This document shows, in pieces, positions 38,146 to 50,994 of a DNA stretch of 64,000 nucleotides. The notes under the pieces are model-generated. The model was not told where the DNA came from, did not search any database, and saw only the letters and a program-made list of their open reading frames with translations. The position numbers and the translations under genes were made by a program. The stretch lies in assembly GCA_965235115.1 (NCBI GenBank), contig OZ249440.1, positions 34,164,001-34,228,000 of the forward strand, in the 5' to 3' direction. Every line of letters starts with the position of its first letter. The first letter of the stretch is position 1. Origin of the DNA: Laetmonice hystrix (Eukaryota).

Positions 38146-38947
38146 AGGGAGCCAAAGTAACTCACGCCAAAGTGCGTGAAAACGCGTGAAAACTGGTCAG
38201 TGGTGTCACCCTATTATCGCTTAGCATAGGCCCAGATAGGGAGTCTCTATTCAACCCATGACTACACTTGCTGGGGTGACTATTTTGATCAGAAAGGAGG
38301 GTTAGACTGTGAAACAGAATGTAGGAAAGGCTTAGAAAAATGTTCGGTGCCCTAGCAAACTCTTAGATATTTTAAAATCAATTAATTAGAATTAAAATCG
38401 AGAGACCCAATCAGCGACGTCAGGAACAATGCACAATAGCGCTACGTCACAATGGTCATTTGGAATGTGATCATAACGGGCCTAAATATTAATGGCGGAC
38501 GGTGCTTCGCTTCGCCAGTTCAAACGTCTCTAACTGGTAAAATACACAAGGAAGAACGTTGAAACGTGACATAAGGGGATAAAATATTGAACCAAACAAT
38601 GTCACTGACTTAGAATTGTTTAGCAAGGTCCCCCCTTTCTTAATTCAAGCACTGTCATCGCCGGAGATCGGTGAAGTTTGTGACGTTACAATTTCGTACC
38701 CTCGTAATCTGGCAGTTTTTCCGTAAATCATGAAAAGATTAAGTAACAGATGTGAATGCCATATACTTTTATAGATCGAGGATTACTGTAAAATTCGGTC
38801 TGGATAGATTCTAAAATTAAGAGTTGTGGTTTAGTATTTCTAATGGGCCGTTTTTATTGGGGCCTGGCTGACCCAAGCCAAAGTCAATGAGTGGGCGATA
38901 ATGAACTGACACCAGCGGACTGCGCATGTCCGAGACTTTGGTTCCCT
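38146..38947. mobile_element. AGGG-terminated MITE with AT duplication (ISL2EU-like), family copy A
   Basis: at|AGGGAGCCAAAGT ... ACTTTGGTTCCCT|at; the body is homologous to 48985-49761. Confidence 0.75.
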
Positions 38948-40084
38948 ATAGACAGACCGGTCTGTCTAGTCCCGGCGTTGGTGATAGTGATTAGGCTGAC
39001 GAACTACGCACCATCACAATGTCACTCCTCACAGCAAACTGGGTCAATTTAGTTCTATGAATCTGCCTAGTATATATGTCAGTAAGTTCTCATAATGTTT
39101 TCTTGCATATAAATTTGAGGATAATGGCATTACGTAAGTGGTTTTCACTGAAGTTTTGGGGTTGTCAGGACTTTTCATTACATTCGTTGATCAGTGCAGG
39201 TGTCCTGATAAGACCGGAAGTGACAATACTCACAACATGAGTGGCACATGGACACACGGGCTGAACCACTCGACTCAGCGACTGTGTTGCTTGGCTGAGA
39301 GCCGCTGAGGGTCGTGACTGCTGAGGGTCAAGACTGTGTGGTCAGTCTAACACATGGAAGCTGTTTGACAACGTAATCGGGTGCATTTTGGACGCTAAAA
39401 GCCGACTGGATTCCAATGTTGGAGAGAGACGGCAGAGCCAGGCAGAGGTTGACACTGAGTGACAGGCAAGCAACAGCCTTGAACAGGGGCATGGACTGAT
39501 GAGTGATGGAGTCTATCCAGCAAATTTGCAGGGGTGGGGGGTTGGGGGTTGGGGTGGTTGGGGGGGGGGGGTGGCGACTAAATACTGAGGGCTAGGCCCT
39601 ATAATATATAATAGCTAGGAGGCCTTATCGGATCATGATTGTCTGCTGTTCCTAGCCTGACTTTTTTTAAGGGGGGGGGGGGGGTAAGCCCCTTGGATGT
39701 GCGCATGAACAAATATTAATTATGGACATTGGCCCCCGCCGCTGCCGCCCGGTCAGGATTTCAGGAAATTTTACAGCTGGCCACTTTCATCCCTGAACCA
39801 TGTAACACCATGAATCCCCCTGCGAGGGAGCAGTCTTTATTATCCCTTGTAGGAATCCACAGGGATCCTTCCATATAGGCCTACATACAGATACCACAAT
39901 GAACTATCACTACCACTATCACTCTCGACTGTCACTATCTACATACTTCTTGTGGAATCCGTGGAATTTAGGTACGTTTGTGATTTCCACCGTTCCACCT
40001 CAACACCATGGATAGTGACTATCTATAGATGTGGGGATTTCTTACCTCTTGTCACTATAATAAAGATATATTGAATCTTGAATC

Positions 40085-40530
40085 TTGACATCTGTATTTT
40101 GTCTGACTCTTATCTCCGAATTATCCCCCCACATCTTCATGTTGATTGTTTGCTTCATAACATCTTCTAGTACAATTTTCCTTTTTTGCAATGTCTGCCG
40201 TCTTCAAGATCATACACCTGCAATTTTAATTCAAAATTACTCATTGCGCCTTTTCAAAGGGAATGAATATGAACTTGTAAACTTCTCGGCCCTGCCAATG
40301 TTAATCCTATATAAAAATTGACCTGGTCATCGGGCACCTAAACATGTCCAGCACTGAACTGTAAATATATAAACTCTGATATCAATGAACAAACCTGTGC
40401 CACTGTGCCCCTTATTGAGACACGTCGTTTCTGAGGGCTAATCAAAATATCCGGAAGGGAAGCTACCTCCGGCGTCCTGAAATCATAAATTATTTTCCAA
40501 TCCAGTTGGAATTCAGCTGCACGCATTATC
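40085..40530 (-). pseudogene. OB-fold (RPA/SSB-like) exon relics
   Basis: Translations LPDILISPQKRRVSIRGTVAQ|gt and QKRKIVLEDVMKQTINMKMWGD resemble OB-fold strand patterns; splice sites are present. Confidence 0.45.
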
Positions 40531-41159
40531 TGAAAAAAAAAACAATATACATTTAAAAGAATATGTAAATAAAATTTTAAATTTCCAAAAATGAGTGGTG
40601 TAAAACAAGATTTTAATATTTACCGGCCTAATCACATTACAAACTTTGCACGTCATTTTAGAGCGACACCCGTCATAAAGAGGGCGCTGTGATTCATGTG
40701 ATTCATCGCCATCTCTAGGTTAATTGAGGAACTAATCGGTGGCAGATCCAGGATTTCAGAAGCTGTGGTTTTGATTTTTTTTTATGACAGCCGGCTAAAA
40801 TGGAAAGCCTCATAAAGATTATGTAAAATGAACAAGGACCATGACCTTTCCTGTCATCGCTTTGAATGCAACAAACTTTTGTTGCATTGTTAATCAGGAG
40901 GGGTATCCACGTTCGCAGCCCCATCTAGGTCAAGCGATAATAGAGAACCAAAACAATGCGGCCGAGACGACTCAAAGTAAAATCGAGTGCTTTGACAAAA
41001 ATGCTGTCTAGACATTAAAACTTAATCAATTTGCCAAATTCGAGTTGGAGTCGCTTAGACAGTAGTATCTTCTTTCTAATTATATCAGAATTGGGAGCTT
41101 TTGTGCTCTATAAATATAATTATTTTTTATTGAGCATCTTTATACAGGATTACCTACTC

Positions 41160-41720
41160 GGCTTCCCCAGCCCCCCTGGCTGTTCGTAATGAGGCGAATA
41201 AATGGGGCAACTTGTTTGCCATGAGTCGCGACTCATGTCGGTGGAGGAAGAGGTCCTGGTCACGCCTTGCCCTAGGATTTTTCGTATTGAGTACCCTTTA
41301 GAGTGGATTTAATTCTCTAATACAATAGGCAACATCTATCGTAACTATTTCTTCTTTATTCCTAGAAGGCGGTGGCTTAGGGTCAATCGAGTAATGGCAA
41401 CACCCTCTTTCGTTCCATTGCTTGAGTATACCAATATATCCTTGTTTTGCAACTGCTGGTTACCGCAGCTCTGCATTTCCGTTGGGCTCCGTGGTGGGTG
41501 AGGAATAGGGTTGGTGAAACAATATAACACAACCATGGCATCCAAAAACCCAAACAAAACGTAAAATGCTGAAACTTAATGATGACGACTCGGACCGGTC
41601 TGTGGATGACGAACATCAAATTGCAGTGGAATGGCCAAGATTCATTGTTATTGAACCCTCTGACCTCCTCTACAGTCCACTCTCCTGATACAGGCATGTT
41701 GGAATCAGCGGTAGACTGCA
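41160..41720 (+). mobile_element. Second, diverged 5' fragment of the I-clade LINE
   Basis: Homologous to 35410-35950 (5'UTR and ORF1 start, MASKN..EWPRFIVIE). Confidence 0.75.
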
Positions 41721-42619
41721 AGAAAAAGGTAAATCTATCACATCTGTTACTTTAAAAACCACGTTTTATTTCGGTTGCTGGTACATGTCGTGTTTGGCGC
41801 CGCCTGGCCTACCGCCGTTGTTTTAGCCCAGGTCGACGCAGTACGAAAACCGTGTTTTGACATACTCACTCCATAGCTCACCCGTCTGACTCTCGGACAC
41901 ACCGTCGATGCCTACTTAAATAGCACTCATAATATAGGCCTACATACCGCCTGTGCAATGACCCCTGACTGACATCTGTGATCCCCACACAACGACCAGG
42001 GGACCACAATACACGATGTGCATTAACACATAACAAGTGCCAAGATACAAAACATTGAGGAAAAACATACAGCACAAACTATTAATATTACCATGATTGC
42101 ATAAACCACACTTTTTCATAACTCTGATGGATTGATGTCAGGGTTCGTACACTTTCAGGATTAAAAATTTTTTCCTGACTTTAAAGGACATAATTTTCGC
42201 AATTTTAAGGACTTATTTAACGTCTTGGAGGAAGGCACACTAGGGTAATGGCTTTTATTTGATGGCTGTTGCACTTTCCCTGTCCTTATTGGTCAGTTCC
42301 CTGTCACGTGATCACAGATAAAAACTAATATTGCACGGAAAAAGTAATATTACGTGATCACGTGACTTCCGGGTGTACATGCGGTATTTAGGTCAACACT
42401 AGACTAGAGGGAGATTCCCTTCCACAACCGGAAGTCACGTGATCACGCGTCATCATCGCCCGACCGCGGCCAACTCAAATATCCTGTGGGCCACTCGCTA
42501 ATTCTGAGCTACGTATTTGCGAGAGATTTGGCATATTTTCCTTACTAAATACTGGTCGCTGGGCCATAACAGTCTCACATGATGTTACTGGGAGTCCAAG
42601 GTATGCAAACCATATGTTT

Positions 42620-44443
42620 TTAAGACTGCCATAAATAAAAGAAAAAGAATTTTACGACTCCCTTTAAATTGTACGATAAAGGTTGACCAAATATCATGAT
42701 TCTCCACCAACATATGCAATATATATCAGCAGATGCTAATTTTCTTTGATGCCTGAGAATGGGTTTCAGGTCGATGTCTTTGGTGTAAATGCGAGATCCA
42801 AAGGAAATATGCACAGGTATGACAGATTTTGGTGGCTGGTCAAAAATGTCATTTAGAAATGGGAGGTCGGATGGTTTTGACTTACTGAAGAATTCCTCAA
42901 TAAAGAGTGGGTCAGCAAATTCTACAGAAGGTTCCTTTTTTCTGGGCTCCTCATGGTTATCACGCTGATCACTCTGCTCAATGGTCGATCTTCTATTTCC
43001 TTCTTTTTCGTGGATAGAACGTTGGTGAGGCTTGTTATAGTGTTGCAGGATTCCTGCAACTTTTGTCTTAGTTTTATGATGTAATCCTTCTGCTTCCTGA
43101 TAGTTTCTGTCAGTTCCATTGTCTCGTTCTTGAAAACAGAAAAGTCTCCTTTTCCTTCGGCAAGTAGCTGGGTACAACTGGTAGGGAGAGCAGCAGCTTC
43201 AGCTCTCAGGGAAGAAACTGTTCCCTGCAGTTGCTGCAGCTGTGTAGCTGAAACTGGCTTGAAGGCTGTCTGACTTGATGCTTCCGAAGTTTTTGGGAGC
43301 TGTTCGTGGTCTTATTCTAGTTCACTAACCTGTCTTCTCAACTTGTGATTCTTTTAGCTGAGTTTCTCCTGGGAATTCCGGGAAGACTTGTGTGGGAGTT
43401 GTAGGTGTAGTTCCCTGTCAGTTATCGATGAATACGGTAGATGGGTTACTGAATTTTTTTTCTGGAGAAATTCTGCCATGCGACGCCCGTCTCTTGCCAT
43501 CTTCTTCGCTGAGTTCTTTTGGCTTGGCTGTCTGCCGTACGAAGCACATCTTGGATAGACGATTTGGACGGCCGCACATGTAACAGAATCTTCTGTAGGC
43601 TGGACATCGGTGGTAAGATGTGGTCCTCAGTAAGCCGCATCTGTGGCAGGTAGTTGCAGGTTGTTGGCTTTCCATTGTTTTCCATTGTGATGATTATGGG
43701 GGTGTTGAGGTTGAGGTACCGTTCGGGTGATATACAGCAACTGGATCGCTTGTAAGGATGGAACTTACAAAAACCGGGTTCTCACACCATTTATCACGAA
43801 TAGGTTTGTTGGTCTTCCAAAACGTTAGTGACGATAACTATTTGGTTGCTGTGCTCACAATGGTTTTACTATTCCTCTAGTTCATGTACAATAACTGGTA
43901 GAGCAGGTGGTATTCCAACAGACTCTATTCCAAAAGTTGCTAGCTGACGGACAGTGGTTGTCCAACAGTGGTTATCCAACTGATTCCTTACTTGCAGTGG
44001 TTCTCCAACTGATTCTCTCTGGCAGTGGCTGTCCAACTGATTGCCAACTCAAACTTAAGTTGACTCTTATATAGTCCAGAGCTAGATAACATTACATAGA
44101 GAGACGGTCCTAACAATAAAGAATACAACAATACAGATTAAAGTTAAACATAGAAAGCTGACTGTGATAATAAGTATAGGTGGAGCCTTAACACTTCAAA
44201 GGTGTCAGCCTGGCCAGACGTGGCCAGGCCTTGATTGTTACATAAAGCTGCCAAAGCTCTTGGTTTAGAGCTTGGGCTTGTCTTGACATCTGACATATAC
44301 CTAATCCATATACTACCCAGATATAACACTAAACCTAAAAGGACACATAAAGGAAGTAAAAGATACAAGGGTAAATATAACCATAACAGCAATATTAGGA
44401 TACTGGCAGAGATATACATAATGTTAGGATATGTCTGTGTCAC
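42620..44443 (-). mobile_element. Gypsy-like LTR element remnant: one LTR-like segment, a PBS-like site and a disrupted gag-like ORF with zinc knuckle and coiled coil
   Basis: CHRCG..HRCPAYRRFCYMCGRPN..KMC at 43418-43675; PBS-like TGGTGTGAGAACCC at ~43776-43789, just downstream of a segment starting TGTGAC at 44443; coiled-coil ORF pieces at 42620-43177. Confidence 0.5.
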
Positions 44444-44519
44444 AAGAAAATATCACAAGAGGAAAATTCTTGTGCTGCTGTTGTCTAGGGTGGGTGCTTA
44501 CGTTTCGGATCAAGTAACA

Positions 44520-45830
44520 AGACTTAGTGATTTTCCCTTATATCTTTATTGTACACTTTATTTCTCGACTCTTCGCTCTTCACTCTTTGCTTACACTCCT
44601 TTCCTCGCCTCTTCACTCTTTGTTTACACTTGTTTCAAATATTTGACACCTTAACCTTTTGACCTTTTGACTTCGTTCTTCGCCTACACTTATTTCAATA
44701 TTTCCATTACATGATTCTTCAATCTTTGCTTCCACTTATTTCAATACCTTTACACCTTTACGCTTCCTTTAGTCAACCCTTTTTTTCTTGACTTTACTAT
44801 GTGTGCTGATTCCTTTATACTTCTTTGAATCAACCTTTCTCTTGGCTTGTCTCAATACCTTTACACCTCTTTTACAATTTTTGGTCAACCTCTACACTTT
44901 ACACTCCCTTTTTACTCGACCTTTACACTGTACACTTTCTACTCAACCTTTACATTCTACACTTTTCACTCGACTTTAACACTTTTACTCGACCTTAACA
45001 CTTTACACTTTTCACTCGACTTTAACCCTTTACACGTTGCGCCTCTCTGCACACCCTGACGCTTCTCTAACCACACACGCTCCTCTGCAAGGACTGGCGC
45101 CCTCCTCGGCACACACTTCTGGCCCTGTGCGCACACCCACAGTCTCCTAAATACACACTTCTCTGCACATCTCTCGGGGGACCTCTGCTGTCTCTCTAGG
45201 TAACCTCTACTTGACTCTGTATGTCGCTCGTCCGGACACGCCCTTCGCACGTTTCTGCACGTCTCTCTAGGTAACCTCTACATGAGTCCGCGTGTCGCCC
45301 GTCTGTACACGCCCTTCGCACGTCTCTGCACGTCTCTCTGCACGTCACTGCACGTCTCCACACGTGCCTCACCTCTTTGCACGTCTCTCTGTAGGTCTCT
45401 ACGTACTGTTCGCCCGACTCCCTGCACGCCTCTGCACGCCTCAGCACGTCTCTGCACGCCTCAGCACGTCTCTGCACGTCTCTGCACGTCTCGGCACGTC
45501 TCTGCACGCCTCAGCACGTCTCTGCACGTCTCAGCACATCTCTGCACGTCTCTCTACGCTCTACTGTTCGCACAACTCCTTGCGTGTCCTCTGTACGCCT
45601 TCCCACAGGTCTCTCTGCACGTCTCAGCACTAGGCTACCGTTCGCAGGACTCCTCTGCACACCTCTCAGTATACACCTCTCTATACGTGGCCTCTACATG
45701 TCACTACGTACAACCTCTGCTCGTCTCTATCGCGTGCTATCTCTCTGCTGTCCGTGGGTGGTGTGTCTGCTCTCTGCACTATTCGCTGACCGTCTGCCTG
45801 TCGTGTGCCTGACCGGTACCACCTACTCCC
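44520..45830 (+). repeat. Pyrimidine-rich low-complexity tract with ~10-bp TCTGCACGTC/TCAGCACGTC tandem units
   Basis: Direct inspection; the overlapping ORFs here are artefacts of the repeat. Confidence 0.8.
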
Positions 45831-46796
45831 CCCTCACACCACGTGACTTGGTGGACCTAGTCGACCGTGGCAGAGCATCTGCGCAGTGATATGTGACAGT
45901 CTGTTAATGTTGATATGTCCGTAACACTAACATGTGTATCGTTCTGTTTAATAAACTTCATCAACCTTATGAAAACTTTTTTTAGGTCTTTACTTTAACA
46001 TGCAAATTGAACTAAATTCCTGTAATATAAACTATTTAGAAATATGTATACCTGTGGGGCCTGTTGAAGTTCAGCCTGGACAGCGCTGGCTACCTTGCCT
46101 TGTTTTAACGATCGCATCAAGGTCAGTAGTTCGTTAGATTGCTCATCAAGGTTCTCATTATAATGTTGAAGTAGCATTACCACATCAAAATTTCCTAGGT
46201 TATAAATCTGTTTAAATTTTAAAGATACATTGATTAGTTCAAAAGTTATGGCCATTTATGTTCTGCGACACATCGAAAATCGCTATTTCGATGCAACTAT
46301 CTTTGAGAGTTAGGTAAATATATCTAAAATATAATAAGCAACCTTTAGAAATATTGTAACTGAATTTTTTTTATGTTGTTGCCACTTTCTTGGTCTCTGT
46401 GTTATCCGGCGGGAAATTCAAACACATGAACTTTTAGTTCTCCATTACTGCCGCTAGGGGGCCAAATCACGTCATTCCCGTCCTTCCTCATCTGAAGGGG
46501 CCGCTGACAACATGGCGTGGCCAGTAATGTTTCACACAGTGATGAATCTCCATTAGATTTTATAATAGGTAATGGTGATCTGCGAGCATACTGCTTTGAG
46601 GCGGTGGGCCCAGACCGCAGGGATAATGCTGACAGTGATTCTGACACTGTCTGTAGCAGTAGTCGTAGACTAGTGGTAGTGACACTGAGTGACAACCCTC
46701 GGCTCGAGTCCGACGAATGCCGGAATGGTTGACCGATGTAGGCCCATGACATGTTCATTCACACACTGACAGGCTACTTAGTTTACTATCGATTAA

Positions 46797-48673
46797 GGGA
46801 ACGCATGTAAATTGATTTGATCTTGTCGATCACAGTTTCGAGACAACTCGAACCCTCGGCCCCTCCCCGTGAGCCGACGCAGCAGCCGACCGTACTGCAG
46901 CCCGGGCAGGATGGGGCCAGCCCGGTGTCGCGGTCTCAGATCTCCGTGGTCTCAGATCTCCGGGAGGTTAGCTGCATCGCCGTGTGTTCTAGTCTAACTA
47001 TCCGAAATATCAGCTCTCAGCTGAGTCACACGTAATAACTCTCATCTCCTCTACGATACTTGGTTTACAGTTTACCTATCCAGACTGTCCTTTAGTCTTG
47101 TTTGGAAGAAAACTCCACTGCCCATCAGCTAGCAGACGACCGGAGGTGTGAGCCCAAACAGCGACTCGCGCGTGCTCACTTAGTCAGATTCAGCATCTAA
47201 ACAATAGGAAACCATGCCCCCGGAGTTCTGAGACCAACGGAGATCTGAGACCGCGACACCGGCGCTATAATGTTGGCGGCTGTCAATCGCTGACTGCTGC
47301 CGCGTGACTTCCATGCACCTGCCTGGGCGAGTCGACAGCCCACTCCACACTCTGCCAAGCCAAAGCGAGCGGGCGGCCGGCGGTGGTTGGTCGGGCCTTC
47401 ACTAGGCCGTACCTATAGCCGAGGCGGGGGGGGGTGCAATCATGACAAAAGTGCCCTTTTTAAGGTGTTAATTTATCCTTGTGATCAGGGTGCTCTTCCA
47501 AACTTGTTGCATAGACTACGGCCCCTGTGACCATCATGGACATGATGGCGGTAACGGCATCCGCTGCTAGACTGAGTATCGTCCCCAGTGTAGGGACGGA
47601 CAGCGTTAACGCGAAAAACCCTACCTCCGATGTCAATCACTGGCTGTGCGAAATCCATCGTAACTACTGCCAGTTGAGGTGTCAATTCTAACGCAGCCCA
47701 TCTTCTGTTCCTCTGCTGCACACTTTTCCGAGGATTTCTGCCCAAAGTTTTAATAAATCAGACTTCCGAAATTCCGAATCGCGCTGGTTCACTGCCGTTA
47801 GCCGCCATACTGTTTACTGCGCATGTTCAAAACATGCACACTGGCGACCAGCAGGGGAGCATTCATTATTCTAGACCAAACAGCAATTCCTCCATTATGG
47901 CGCCAAACTAATAGCCAACGTCTGAAATGACTGCTCCCTTCGTGAGCTTGACCCCGGATGTGGGTTTACAGAAATGGCGCCGGTTGTAAGACTATGGAAA
48001 GTGGTCGCTTGGTTTGGAAAATTGGCCGAATCTGTTGCTTAGAGGAACACCAAGTAAGTTCATTGGGCTCACTTAGCTGAAGGTAAAGGCAATCTTTTAT
48101 TTGAAGTGTTGGAAGAGGTGCGGTAGCACATTCATTCTGTGCTAAAACGTTTGTTGTCGTAGCCCGTTCGCTAGAAGATAGGCCGTACGTGTGTACGGCC
48201 TATGTTAGAGGCTACCGCTGCATGACCGTGGCTGACGGTGGGCCCAGGTTCCGAGTTGCCACCCTGGCTTGTTTATTGAGCCACATGGAAATACTGTATT
48301 ATTTATCATGTTTTAACAGAGTAAAGAATATTTTAAGGCTAAGCTAATGGAAAAAAAGCCAAACCATCACCGAAATACCGCTGGTGACGGTCCGACCATG
48401 TCGTGGACATTGCCAGATCACATGACAAAGTCGTCGGGGCAGAAAAATGATCTGAACAGATCTGATGATTCGGTCTCACCCTCACCACACCCTCCTTAAA
48501 CTCCCCTCTGTCAGGAAGAGGTGGAACGACCCATTAAACGGACTATCGCGTTTTGTACTGCATGATTTTGCACCCAACAACAACACAGTACACTATGGAC
48601 ATGCTTGGAAGCGGGAGCGACAGGACGGGAATGACGTCACACAGCATGTGTCTCAGAAAATGAGGGCGTCCCC
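46797..48673. mobile_element. Kolobok-like element with TTAA TSD and short TIR
   Basis: ttaa|GGGAACGC ... GCGTCCCC|ttaa. Confidence 0.45.
46926..47258. mobile_element. Ginger-like MITE (TGT..ACA ends, CCGG TSD)
   Basis: ccgg|TGTCGCGGTCTCAGATCTCCG ... CGGAGATCTGAGACCGCGACA|ccgg. Confidence 0.7.
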
Positions 48674-48854
48674 TTAAAGTTGTTGTGGCTACAGTTCCCA
48701 CGGTATTTTTAAAAATTCATATCTCTCGTGTTTGTGACCCTAAAATTACCAAAATTTCACGGATGAAACATTAAATTATATTGAACAAGGAAATCTTAGT
48801 TTAAACATTGATTCTTGTTTCCTTTAAGCACTTCGCTTAAACGGCTTGCATTTT

Positions 48855-50130
48855 GGCGGCCATTTTGAATATATAATGAGGCAATCGTAAAGACCCGTTT
48901 CGACCAAAATTTTGTAATATGTTCTACTTCTAAATGCTTGGTCAACTTTTACATGTAGATTACAAATTTTTATTAGACAGCCATAGGGACTGTAAGTCTC
49001 GGGCCGCAAATATTACTTCCGGTGACACCCTATTATCGCTTAGCATAGGCCAAGATAGGGAGTCTCTATTCAACCCATGACTACGCTTGCTGAGGTGACT
49101 ATTTGGATCAGAAAGGAGGGTTAGACTGTGAAACAGAATGTAGCAAAGGCTTGGAAAAATGTTCGGTGCCCTAGCATACTATTAGATATTTTAAAATCAA
49201 TTAATTAGAATTAAAATCGAGAGACCCAATCAGCGACGTCAGGAACAATGAACAATAGCGCTACGTCACAATGGGGCATGATGGAATGTGATCACGGCAG
49301 AGCCTAAACATAATGGCGGCCGGTGCTTCGCTTCAGCAGTTCAAACGCCTCTAACTGCTGAAATACACGAGTGAGGACGTCAAAAGATGACATGGGGAGC
49401 TAAAATATTGAACCAAATAATGTCATATACTTAGTGTTGTAAGGCTCCTCATTTCTTAACCAAGCAGTGTTAGCGTCGGAGGTTGGCAAAGTTTTGTGAC
49501 GTCACAATTGGGAGGCTCGTAATCTGACAGTTCTAGAGTAAATCTTGAAGAGACAAAACAATAGATGTGAATGTAATAGACTTTTATAGATCGAGGATAC
49601 CTGTAGAATTGAGCCTGGATAGATTCTAAAATTATCTACGGTGGTTTAGTATTTTTAATTGACCGTTTTTGTTGGGGCCCAGCCAAAGTCAATGGGGGAT
49701 TGGTGGGGTTGTCACCGGAAGTGCTAAATCTCGCACTTTCCCGTTTTGACTTACAGTCCCTATTGTCATTTTCTGCTCTATAATGGCCGCCATTTTGAAT
49801 ATATAATGAGGCAATCAGAAAGATTTTGCCAAGACACAATGTCAACCAAAATTGTTAATCGTTAAAATCCCCAAGTACTTCCTAATTCTTGGTCAACTTT
49901 TAACTGTAGATCTTACAAATCTTACACAAGTTCTATATTACATTTATTATTAGACATCCATTTTCATTGTTTGCTGTATACTGGACGCCATTTTGAATAT
50001 ATAATGAGGCAATCAGACAGATTTTGTCAAGACACAATCATTTTTGACCAACATTTTTCATTAAAATCCTCAATTACTTCCCAATTGTTGGTCAGCTTTT
50101 AAAACTAGATTACAAATCTTACACAAATGT
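48855..50130 (+). repeat. Diverged ~190-bp tandem repeat (3 units), interrupted by a MITE
   Basis: GCCATTTTGAATATATAATGAGGCAATC occurs at ~48859, 49789 and 49987. Confidence 0.7.
48985..49761. mobile_element. AGGG-terminated MITE with AT duplication (ISL2EU-like), family copy B
   Basis: at|AGGGACTGTAAGTC ... GACTTACAGTCCCT|at. The neighbouring repeat unit shows the empty site. Confidence 0.75.
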
Positions 50131-50634
50131 GACAGCACACGCGATTTCCAGCCTATCCTGTCAAAAAATCGATTTTGAGATTTTATATTCACTTCATAGC
50201 CCATGACCCGAAATTTCAAAAACTGGTTACTAAATTGTAATCCTTTGAATATAGCCAGAGATATAGAAGATTTAGTAAAACCAAATCCTTGGCTACAAGA
50301 CCAACGTGATCAAGTGAGCGTTCTGCAAGTAAATGCGTTTGAAACACACATTCTATTTTTGTGTCTACGCAATTATTAGTGCTCTTCATTCTCTCATTCG
50401 CCAATTCCATTTTTTCCCGCTCCACTGTTATTTTACATTCTTTGCCAGCAGTGTTGTGTCTTGTGGAAAAGTAAAAACTTCTTGGCCTCCATATACACGT
50501 CTATCATCAACGAGTATTTGATTCAAAGTGAATAGTGACTGTTGAGATGGTATGGGTGTGATGTCATATGGAAAGCGCGTGATTAATAATTGTTTATGCA
50601 TGTACAAGTGAGAAGTGGGAAACCATTATGGTGG

Positions 50635-50848
50635 ATCGAACACGAAACGATTACAAAGTTCTCAAACTACCGTTTGTGGACAATATTGTGTGTTTTACAC
50701 GCTACACCGTTGTCAAGGTTTTACGTTAAATAAGATTGTGAACACGTTTCCTGATAATGCAATAGATAGTGATATATTCGTATATGAATTCATTGCGAAT
50801 CGTTACCATGTAAACCCTCCCTTCCTTGTATACCCAATGTTTCAATAA
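50635..50848 (+). pseudogene. C-terminal fragment of an adenain-type cysteine protease (Polinton/adintovirus PRO)
   Basis: NTKRLQSSQTTVCGQYCVFYTLHRCQG carries the Q-x5-CGxYC catalytic Cys motif; the N-terminal His/Asp half is missing. Confidence 0.75.
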
Positions 50849-50994
50849 AAAGAATATGTTACAACATGTGTGACAACTTTATTATCAACTATACAACGTC
50901 AAAATGATTATCAAAGACAAGCAATATTATGTCCATCATGCGCCATCAACTATAAAACTTTGTCATGCAGCAGCAGAGTCTAGAGTCCTGAGCA

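Larger units (their letters stand above)
37274..39795 (+). mobile_element. Non-autonomous hAT (Ac-type) element, copy 2, with two nested MITEs
   Basis: Same TIRs and body as 22456-23907, flanked by AACCAT on both sides, with ~1.05 kb of extra sequence at 37898-38947. Confidence 0.85.

Noticed and set aside
44966..45889. Overlapping ORFs of 94-176 aa
   Set aside because: They are translations of a stop-poor simple repeat.
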